A DNA stretch of 55,870 nt, the filler included, from Sphacelaria rigidula (Eukaryota), in assembly GCA_964200075.2 (NCBI GenBank). It is 6 parts of 6 records of this genome, joined end to end, with 100 filler letters (N's around TTAATTAATTAA, not from the genome) between each part and the next. Parts side by side here need not be neighbours in the genome. Positions count along the whole stretch, not along the records: positions 37,315 to 46,542 come from CAXNAA020008991.1; positions 46,643 to 55,870 come from CAXNAA020008992.1; 4 more parts are not named here. One strand, written 5' to 3'. The position numbers and the translations under genes are program-made. Below are positions 38,111 to 48,109 of the stretch, piece by piece. Numbering within the stretch: the stretch's first letter is position 1; every line of letters begins with the position of its first letter. A model generated the notes under the pieces. That model was not told where the DNA came from and searched no databases. It was given only the letters and a program-made list of their open reading frames with translations.

Positions 38111-40448
38111 TGGAGAAACACCCACGAGTGCACTTGTCCAAACGAGTAATGACTCGTCCGACCTGTGGAGTGCTCCTTTATGTAACCGGCTGCGTGTTCG
38201 ACATTTGTGCCAACGGATAACCGATACCCCAAGGGCTTCCTCAGCAAAGTTTCACGTGTCTTTGGGTATGAGACGTGTGTATTTTGTTTGTCGACGTGTG
38301 CGAAAATGGATGACCGCTCCCCCGGGCCTCCTCGGTACGCGTCGCGCGGCGATTATCGCTGCACGGTCCTGGAGCTTCAATCGGCCACTGCTGCCGCTCC
38401 TAGATCCTATACCGCGATCTATCTCGTTGGTCTTTCCACCGGTATGAGTTTTCGCACGCACCACCTCAATTTTGAAAGTGATGTCTTCTTGATCGTTATG
38501 TCTTGGCGGGCCCCTTCAGCCGGATTAATGTGATATCCTACCGCGCGTGTTCCGCTCCCCTCTTGATGTCATTCGACCGTGGATACCACAGTTCCCGTTG
38601 CCCAAGGAACAGCCTGCGTTGTGTGGGTTTCCAGAGTGTTCGACTTTAAGCCTGTCCGAGTCATGCGCTGATACTGCAGGCCGTAGATGTCAGGCTAGGC
38701 GCCTCCTTTGTGTGTACCAATGACTGGATGGTAGCGCAACCGCGTAGGTCATGCGCTGAGACTGAAGCCCGTTGTTTGCCAGGCTAGGGTCAGTCCCGCT
38801 GGCTCTTTGTCTTGTTGAGTCTTACCCTTTTTGTGGTGTGGGAGATTGTGGTGAAACGTGAGTCTTCAAAGCTCTTTGAGTCTTCAAAGCTCTTCGAGCT
38901 TCTGCAAACTCACGTATCAGAGTGGGCCGTTGTCGTGGTATCTACAGGGGTTGGTCTCGGGACCTCTCGAGTAATCATGCCTCGAGGTAAAAGCAACGTT
39001 TGGATATGAATCTTCGATTTAGCCGTCGAGAAACGCCAGCTGGTTTGAAGATCCAAATAGATGTTCTGAATAGCAGTCGATATGATAGAAGTTGTATGGT
39101 TGATGGTCTTGTCTGCTGCGCGTCGGATACCCATGTGCACGACAGATAGCGTTCCCGGAACGTTCGTTGGGTGGAGGGTTTGTACTTTTCGAGCCTTGTA
39201 CCATGACTATGTGTGGATATATTTCAGGGTGTAGGGTAGTTATATGTCGGAGCGTTGAGTGCCCCCGTCATGATCGCTCACTCTATCTCGGACCCAGGAC
39301 ATCATCAGCGTTTGCCGCCGTAGCTCTGAGTTTCAAGTGAGCACTTACCAGTACGCTTTATAGTTGGGAGGAGCTATTGGCTCTGGTTCGTATTGTAACC
39401 TACAAGGGGATAATCTATTCATGTGAACATCTGGATTTGAACTGCTACTGTGGTTCGGATTGTATTGATTTGTTGCATCCAGCTGTGCACTGCAACGGGC
39501 GAATACGACTCGAGCCTTTGTTCGTGATAACACAACAGGACAAAGGTATACTGAGGCTGCCCTCTCGAAGGCGACTAGGCCAAAGTACATCACAGAGGGG
39601 CATCACTCAACGGGCGTCATAGTGCCTTGATCGTAACCTATGAACACTAGACTTTGGGAGATTACTGTCGAAATGTATTCGAATGGGTTAATGAAGGAGA
39701 AAAAGAATAAAAACGTTTTCGTCGAGTACGGAGTTGCCAAGCACAGACTTAATGGCCATTTCCCCCCCGAAAACTAGGGGATAGGCCACTTTCATCCCCG
39801 CATTTTAAATATCGTTTTGTGAAACGGACCGCAATAATCCCATACACGTTTGTACCCAAGGATAAGTTTTAAAACGTTCGAGGTATTCCATTTTCGTAGT
39901 CACTCTCGATTTCTGGTGAAAATTGGTGGTTAAGGAGCACTACTCAACGTGCGTGATAGAGTACCTTAATCAAAACCGATGAACACCAAAAATTGGGGGA
40001 TTACAATCAAAAAGTATTCCAATGGGCTGAAGGAAAGCATACAGTATATATATATATATAATATTCCGAACTCACGAGCGTCAAGCATACTTTGTAACGA
40101 GGCGTCCACGAGAGTCAATGCTGATTTTAGTGCGCAAGTTCCTCCGCACCCGCCCCGAGAGATGACTGTTCGGGTCAATGCCAATGCTAGGGGTCCCGTT
40201 CGCGGATTCGTGCTACAGTTTGTTCGGGGGTACACAAGCGTTCGCAACCGTCCGAACGGACGCGTGATCGCGGTGGTCCTGCAATATTGCCGGCGATTTA
40301 TACTTGAATGCGTCTGTAATGTTCGCACCCGCCCGCACAGGAGCTTCCCATAATATATATATATATATATTGGAATTATGGTAATAATATATGTAAGTTT
40401 GGCACCTACACAAGATGAAATCTGGCAGAGTGGGTCCAAATTGTGTGT

Positions 40449-40657
40449 CTACTCTGTAGCTCAAAGGTAAACATGCGTCAGCGCACGACCGCGGCATGGG
40501 TTCAAATCCTGGTTCGGCTACATGTCTTTTGCTCATAGTGCGTGAGTAGAACATCATTTCTTCACACCGGGAGTCGAGTTCGAGTCCTGGGTCGGGTATT
40601 TTTTCTCTGCTAGTGGTGCCGTATAAGAACACAGGTCTTCTGCACCGGGAGTCGATT
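40449..40657 (+). repeat. Tandem tRNA-like units (multimeric SINE head or tRNA pseudogenes)
   Basis: TAGCTCAAAGGTAA..GGTTCAAATCC; TAGTGCGTGAGTAGAACA..GAGTTCGAGTCC; third truncated unit sharing caccgggagtcga. Confidence 0.55.
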
Positions 40658-40704
40658 TATTTTGTCTTCCATTGCAATCACCGCACTGTCTCTCATCATA
40701 CATA

Positions 40705-41026
40705 TGTTAGAAAATGAGACTGAGGGGCTTTTTCTCGTCAACGCTTGGTATGGTATTGTATTTGTATGGGGGCATTGTGTGGATCGCCGGTACTGCTCAC
40801 GATAGTTTGGTCTGATATGGAGCGTAGCGGTAGTCGGGTTGCTCCCACTCTCCTCGGTTGACCCTCCAACACGGTGGGTTGTTTGGACTGGCTTGCCCGC
40901 AAGCGGCACCTTGAACACTATCTTCAGTCTACAAACCAAAGCAGATCGTCTGTTTGCTTAACTTAAGCGCCATTACGCCAACTCTTGCGATCACGTCAAA
41001 GGGGTCCTAGAGATACCTTTGTAACA
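40705..41026 (+). repeat. Copia 5' LTR (about 322 bp)
   Basis: TGTTA...TAACA termini directly followed by a GGTT..TGAGCC primer-binding site. Confidence 0.65.
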
Positions 41027-41567
41027 GGTTTCTTGAGCCTCGGCGTTGGCGTCTAAGGATCGGACTTCGGAAGAAAGGAAGGCAGCAGCAAAAAGGAAGG
41101 ATATTTGCTGGGAGACAACGTGAGTTAAGTCAAAGTAAAGACGGCGCTACACCTGTGTGCGTCTGCAACAGTGTGTCACGAAGTGAGGACGGCACTTTCT
41201 CCTGTGGGCACCTGGTATCATACGTGATTTAAAAACAACTGGGCAATTGTCGGACCCTTTCGGGGGGGAAATTGTACGCGTCTAGTATCAAAGTGCAGAG
41301 CCGTGGCCACACCCACAACACCCTGTACATCGATATTGTGTGGTAAAGTGTCCATCGGTGGAAGTTGAGCGGCACGTCCGGTGGACGCTGCTGCCGTGGG
41401 GGTCTACTCCATGTGCTATCCCGTGTATCTATTATATTTTTGAGCTACCGACGAGTCAAGCGGCGGTGAGCAAAGTCGGTTGTGTGATGGGAAACGATAC
41501 TTGGAAACCCTTGAACACCTTTTATGTTGACTTGTGAAGTTGGAGCAGAGCGACGAACAGAATTCAC

Positions 41568-42608
41568 ATGGCGGACGATGAGACTATTCGAGGGGTACTG
41601 AAACTCTGTCCAAAGTTCGATGGCAGGGACAAAGCGAGCTTCCGGGAATACAAAGATAAACTCCGGGTGATCCTGTCCCTTAACCACAATGCGGCCGCAG
41701 AAATCCTGCAGGGGCAACAAAGACCCAGATCCACCGTATTCGATGATGACCAACCACCCTGTGATACGACAACTTCAGTGGCGTGGGATCGTGCAAACAA
41801 TGATCTGTTTAGTATTCTGTTTATAGGGCGGAAAAATTGCAAACAATACCGTCAGACGTCATATGAAGAAAAACCAACAGGATGGGGTCGAGGACGGACA
41901 AGCAGCATGGGCAGCGCTGCAAAACAAATATGATGGTAACAGCAAAGAGGCGCGAAGAGAGTTCCATGACGAACTTCACACCAAAACGATGCAGTCCGGA
42001 AATGATCCGGAAGACTTTCTGTTTGTCATGGACAGCTCCCGTGACCGCCCGGATGAAGTGGGACAATATATACCTGACGAGCGGTACGAGGACATTATTC
42101 TCCGAGCCCTGCCTGCCGAGTACGAAAAGGTTCGTATTGCTAGCTGCGAGCGTCGTGATTTTAATGTGGCGGATCTCCGATACATGGTGAGCACCATGTA
42201 TACCGACTATCTCTCTAGCCCCAAGCCATCAACGTGGTCGCAGGCCACGCGGTCGTCATACAGGCCAGTGGAAGTCGTGATAGCAGAAGAAATCGCACAG
42301 TGTGTTTCCGCTGTGGAAAGCGAGGCCACGTGAAAAGAAATTGCCCCGCTCGAAACGCGACCCAAGCACTGACAGGGGGAAACAAGGAAAAGGGGACAGA
42401 AGGCAAGTGGTGCTCCTTCCACATGTCAACAACACATAGCGATGAAGAGTGCCGTTTCTTGCAACAGCGCAACCAGCAGGCAGAAAATATCGCGCAGTGG
42501 TCGGGTTACCCACCAGCCACCCGTGCAAGAGAGCAGACTCCGACCATCTCCTTCAATGCCTTAGAAGTGCCCAGAACACGAAATCCCCGAGAAACGGACA
42601 ACCTTTAG
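41568..42608 (+). pseudogene. gag: Copia gag with CCHC zinc knuckle, frameshifted
   Basis: CPKFDGRDKASFREYKDKL, GQAAWAALQNKYD, IILRALPAEYE, CFRCGKRGHVKRNCP, WCSFHMSTTHSDEEC. Confidence 0.92.
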
Positions 42609-43592
42609 CCGTTCGCTCCAACGAACAAACCCGCTGCTTCATTTGATAGCAGCGGACTCTTCGGCGCCTTCGAAGGGAAGGACGGGGCCAACGAGGCCGG
42701 GGGTCTGGAGTTCCGGCGTAGTACTCACAACATATTGCGAGGAACCAAGAAGGCACTTTCCCCAATAGCCCGCGCGTTGGTCATAATAGCCGTGGTTCAT
42801 TACGTCTGGTTGATGTTTGGGAGATCATTATACCACCAAGCCACGTCGAATCCCTACGACAACGCTGAAACATTTGCCGGTATCACCGACGCTGATGATG
42901 GGTCGGTTCTCGCGGCGGGACCCGTTCTTCACAAGTGAAAGGAGGGCAGCAACAGCTCTGTCAGCTCTGTCAGTGCCATGGCAGACAGTGGCGCGTCGAG
43001 ACATTACTTCGACGATACCCTCATCGCGGGCTGCGACACAAACTCTTCAACTACCAGGTATTGGCGATCTCGCGTAAGATCACCACCGCAGGGGGGCACC
43101 AACTGGCAGGGATTGGTAAGGGACTGCTCCGCGAACACATCAAAGACGACGGAGAGGTCGAACGCCTGGTCCAGATTTCGTGTTTGGTCGTGCCTGGCTA
43201 GGGACAGAATATCTTCTCCGTCAAGCAAGCGACACGAAATGGAGTGGTATTCATTTTCGAGATGAACAACCCAAGACCGGAAACAAACAGCTTCACCGTC
43301 CCGCTGCAGGAGCTAAGGAGTGACCTGTACTTCTTTTCTCTAGAAGCAATCAGCGGCAACGACGCGCCTGAACTGGCTATGCAAGCTGCAGACGCCGCAA
43401 CGTTGTGGCATCGGCGGATGGTGCACATGAACAGCAGTAGTTTGAATCTTCTTGAAACCGTCGAAAGTAACGGAGGGGACTTCGGTGGATCTGTCCCAGA
43501 CTGGAATACTCATGCTGTTGGGAAAAGCCATCAACTAGCCCATCCGAAGACAGCCAACAATAAAGTGCAACGCACCTTCCAACTGGTGACTA

Positions 43593-43831
43593 ATGCCGAG
43601 ATAGCTCCCCCACAAAAAGTGCACCTCAGACCGTCCCACAAACCGACTGTAATCCCACCGTTTGGCTCATTTGCAGCCATTTCGCCCACATGGGGGGCGT
43701 GTAGCAGTCCCAAATCGGCTATACCGCCCAAATGAGTCGCGTCGTGCAGCACGAAACCAGCCCTAACGGCATCTATAACCATCGCCTCAATGCACTTTTT
43801 TGGCCGGTTCGGGGGAGGGCTATCTCGGCAG
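43593..43831. mobile_element. 239-bp MITE with TA TSD (Tc1/mariner-like) inserted in the Copia integrase
   Basis: TA|ATGCCGAGATAGC...GCTATCTCGGCAG|TA with inner aaaaagtgca/tgcacttttt inverted match. Confidence 0.8.
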
Positions 43832-44714
43832 TAATCTGGTCATGAGCATGGGTGGGACCGGCGGCGTTCGGCTCGAACGACTCAGGGCAAACAAAGGGGG
43901 TGAGTTTATTGGCAAGGATTTCAGAACGTACTACCGGTAGAGAGGCATATTGCTAGAGTTTGCGAGCACCAATACACCACAACGAGTTGGCCTGTCCGAA
44001 CGCGCAAGGAGGACTCTTGCAGCCATGGTCCGGTGCATGCTTGCCGACAGCGGTTTACCAACCTTTCCCTTGGGGGAATCAATGCTCAGGATATCCTACC
44101 TTGCAAACAGGGCACCGCGCTCCGCGCTAAGAATGCAATGTTCGCACAAGATGCTGCAAGGGAGAGAACCAGATCGAAGACATCCTCGAGCCATTGAGGC
44201 TAAGGCGTTCGTCCACACCAATGGGGGCACTCAGAAATCATCTCCCGAGGCAGTCGGAGGACGATGGGTTGGGTGTGGCAATAACAGTAAGTGCTATCGT
44301 GTCTATATTTTACAGCCTTCACTACTCCACGGCGAGGAGCCTGGCGGCAGTAAGGGTCACAACTACGCCTTCACACGCGACCTTCGCAATCACACTTCTG
44401 TATTAACTCATCCGGCTCATATATTTGCCGACCATGCGACTGCCAGCGGGGGCGCTAGAGATGCACAAGTGGGCGCGAGCTTCTGAGGAGAATCAGCGTC
44501 ATCACCAGGCGAGATATGCACGACGGTCCCCGGACCCGTGGAGGGACGCTTCAGCACAATGGTCTTCCGCAGGGTGGTACACTGCCCGAGCAACTCGTGA
44601 CACACCCACGGAACAGATTCGGCGAACACACGGTGACACGGCTCGCAGAACCGTCGCTTCTTCATCATCATCGACACTCGCTTCATGGTGACGTGTGCAC
44701 GCATGCAGCCCGCA

Positions 44715-44725
44715 ACTACAGGCAA

Positions 44726-44760
<35 letters not shown>

Positions 44761-44819
44761 TCACCACCACCACTTCCATCATCATTATCATCATCATTAG
44801 CAACAAGTACTACGACCAC

Positions 44820-44850
<31 letters not shown>
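44715..44850. repeat. (CAA)n/(CAT)n/(CTG)n compound microsatellite
   Basis: Direct inspection. Confidence 0.9.
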
Positions 44851-45493
44851 ACAAGGATCGAGTCGGCGTGCTGGGCTGGAAACAAGTCCCCGGTTTCAGT
44901 TGCGGCAGTTACTCCGATCTGCAGGATTCAGCGTATTCGCATGATGTCGGTAATAGTTGGGGGGTGCAACCTGGAGCGGTGGCAGACTGACTCCAAGGTA
45001 CTGGAAAGAATCAAAGATAAACTGATGGGGCGTTTTTTTATGACGCGCATGGGAGATGTTTCGTTAGTGCTGGGAATGGAGGTTGTTCGTGACCGTAATA
45101 CCAAGATAGTTAACACCAGCCACACAAATTATAGCAAGTCTCTCCAAGAACGGTTTGGGATGGCGAACTGCAACCCGGCGTGCACTCCTGGGGCGGTACA
45201 AGAACTGTCACTGGACCAGCCGAGGGACAAAATACTAAACGAGGAGGACAAACAACGCTTCCATACCATTACAGGCAGTGAGATGTATCTCGCTCGAGTG
45301 ACCCGCTACGACATTGGATACGGCGTGAATCAACTTGCGCGGGCGATGTCCAAACCGTCGAAGGCACATGTGGCAGCTGCAAAACACCTACTTCGACATT
45401 TGGCCGACACTACGGACCATGACATCACCTACAACCAGGGTGGTTTCAAATTGACGGCTGTTTCAGAGCAGAACTAGGGGCACAACCCCAACA

Positions 45494-46542
45494 ACAGCCT
45501 GGAATCGTCATTGAGGTTCAACATTTTTATGAGATTCAACGGACCATCGAAATCTCATTTACTTTGTTCAAAAGGCTCTGGAGTCGCAAGCGGTTTCGAC
45601 CATGTGCCCCTTGTAATGCGTGAGAGGACCGCGTGCTTAGAGGACCGCATCGGATTTTGAACACCCCCATGGTTAGGGTTAAGGTCAGGGCTAGTGTTGG
45701 GGTTATGGTCAGGGGCGTGGTACCTGCAGGGACCGGCCCGATTAGTTTCGAAAAAGATCAATCCTAAGGTGTTTTGAACTACGGCGCGGTCCTGAAAGCA
45801 CGCGGTCCTCTCACGCATTACACCCCTAACCCAGAAGTTTCTGCACTGGAGCGAAAGCATGATGGTGTGCAGTCCAACCGGAAAGCCGCCCTCATTCACT
45901 GTGCCGCATCTATCGAGCAACCCTTGCGTCTAAGCGCTGCGGAACACGTAACAAAGCATGCTGAAAACATACTTCTTTGGACTAGTCATCAAGGTTTCCA
46001 GCGGCTCTTGTTGTGTATCGGAGAGAGACTTCATACTGTTGCGCCGGCGACGACCGCCGTCAGCGAGACGATCCAATGCGGCGGCAGACGCCAACGATCT
46101 TCGAAACACAGCGTCATTCAGCAGTCTGCTGAGATATACCATCACCACAGCACAGCATCACCGCAGTACAGTGGTCAGTTGGATCAAATGGGTGCCCCAC
46201 AATAAAGCTGCAGACACACACAACGGGGGTAAGGGTTAGTCCGACGCCTGGGGTTGCTTCGCTAGTCGTGCCCATGCGAGGCGCTTCATCTAGTCTGAAC
46301 CAGCTATCACGCCTTGTATGGCCACCTCCGCCGTGGCTGTGTTGAGAACCGGTTTCGCGGTGGAGCTGTTGAACAACACAACTGTTGTAGTGCAACGCGC
46401 TTCAAAAATTCGAGCCGTTTCTTTTAAATTTAAAAGCCGCGGCAGCTCTAGTTTGAATATTCCTTCTGACGGTCCCAAACGGGTGCTGATGCAGCGACGG
46501 AAAGGGCTGGCACCGTCATCCTGAGATGGAATTTGAGACAAC
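45494..46542 (-). pseudogene. Dispersed repeat with degenerate unidentified coding sequence (copy 2 of 7123-7940), interrupted by a MITE
   Basis: Colinear reverse-complement similarity to about 7125-7940. Confidence 0.7.
45612..45822. mobile_element. 211-bp MITE, TIR TGTAATGCGTGAGAGGACCGCGTGCTT, 5-bp TSD CCCCT
   Basis: Perfect 27-bp TIR; CCCCT at 45607-45611 and 45823-45827; empty site (ttctgggttaggggcacatgg) at about 7812-7832. Confidence 0.93.
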
Positions 46543-46642
46543 NNNNNNNNNNNNNNNNNNNNNNNNNNNNNNNNNNNNNNNNNNNNTTAATTAATTAANN
46601 NNNNNNNNNNNNNNNNNNNNNNNNNNNNNNNNNNNNNNNNNN
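46543..46642. other. Artificial contig spacer
   Basis: N44-TTAATTAATTAA-N44. Confidence 0.99.
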
Positions 46643-46846
46643 ATAAGAAACCCAGCCTCAGGCCGATTTTTCAGTTTCTTGCTAGCGGGCCGGTACTGTA
46701 TACAACACAGACAGGGCAGAGTATGATGAGATAGAATATATAGAGAGAGAGCGAAAGATGGCACCACACGACACGCAGGCAGGGGTGAGGGAGACAAGGA
46801 GGGGGGCAAACGTGATCCGCGAGCCATGCTCGATTGTGTGAGATGC

Positions 46847-47063
46847 TGTAATGCGTTCGAGGACCGCGTGCTTAGGGGACCGCATCGTAGCTCAAAACAC
46901 CTCAGGATCGACTTTTTTAAAAGCGATCGGACCAGTCCCTGCAGGGACCACGCCCCTGACCCTAACCCCAAGAATAACCCTGACCCTATAATAACCATAA
47001 CCATAGAAGGGTGTTTGAATTTTGATGCGGTCCCCTAAGCACGCGGTCCTCCCACGCACTACA
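46847..47063. mobile_element. Second copy of the TGT...ACA MITE (217 bp, opposite orientation)
   Basis: tgtaatgcgttcgaggaccgcgtgcttaggggaccgcatc...gatgcggtcccctaagcacgcggtcctcccacgcactaca; flanks atgc/gtgc. Confidence 0.9.
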
Positions 47064-47133
47064 GTGCAGCCCACAAATCTCATTCGACATTCTCGGCAAG
47101 AATTTCTACACGGACAAAATGCAACACCCTCGC

Positions 47134-47171
<38 letters not shown>

Positions 47172-48078
47172 GCCCTTTCGAAGCGTCGGAATGATAACTG
47201 ATAACCCTCGATGGTTTCCCTCGCTGTTGTGAAAACTGTGTGTAAATATATTCAACAGGTTGGTGTCTCCGATGTGACACCACGGCGCCGACGGTGGCGC
47301 TGCTCCAAAATCCACGCCTCGTTAGTAATGAAAGGCGCGTCAGAGCGCAGTGAGTGGTGGTGATGCATGATGACCATACACATGTAATAACCGAGAAATA
47401 CCACACCCACCCTTTTGATACGACGGGTTTCCCCCCTCAACTTTCAAAAGCTTCATGTCAACGCAATCCTACTTTGGTTGTGGAGTCGCAAGTGGCTTGG
47501 CCGCACCGTCGCAACGGTTCTTCGGACGTCGAGGTTGGACGGCGGCATACATACCAACCACCGCGGGTGATTAGTGACTGTAAGTCTACCTCGGTCATCT
47601 GCCCTGGGATATGTGGCGAATAAGATCCACGTCAGTACGCCGATGGTTTTCGACTCAAATTGTTCCCCTCTGCCTGCAGCGGTGATCGGTCAAGACGAGT
47701 GCTGCTGCGTGTGTGGACGTTCCACTACAACTGAGGACCGCGCCAGGTCATCATGGTCAGATCAGCTTTATTTTGAGGTGCGGATCAGCAGGATTTATCG
47801 ATTGTCCGTGTGTCGTCGTTCGGGAGTTTTGTTGCGAGGCTGGGCCAACGAAACGGTGTTATTATAGAGTGTTATTTTGGGGGTGAAAAAGTGCGGATTG
47901 TATTTCTCCATGATAATCTGCACGTCGTTGTACATACTGTACATAATATGCTCCACACACCGTCGATTCCGCTTCTCTCGTGTGAAATATTATCATGAAA
48001 TTCGTAAAACCTAAACCATTTGACGGAACGTCATTCTCGTTCATTCAATACATTTTGGATGTCATTGTTCGACCATTT

Positions 48079-48109
<31 letters not shown>

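Larger units (their letters stand above)
42960..45477 (+). pseudogene. pol: Copia pol remnants: protease, pre-integrase, integrase (interrupted), C-terminal half of RT
   Basis: ADSGASRHYF; LWHRRMVH; RLRANKGGEF..TPQRVGLSERARRTL; LMGRFFMTRMGDVSLVLGMEV, YLARVTRYDIGYGVNQLARAMSKP. Confidence 0.92.
40705..45490 (+). mobile_element. Degenerate Ty1/Copia LTR retrotransposon, 3'-truncated
   Basis: LTR TGTTA(40705)...TAACA(41026), copia-type PBS GGTTTCTTGAGCC, and domain order gag-protease-integrase-RT. Confidence 0.93.

Noticed and set aside
44695..44990. Poly-T/S/A N-terminus of the 260-aa ORF
   Set aside because: Microsatellite read-through fused by chance to the Copia RT fragment.
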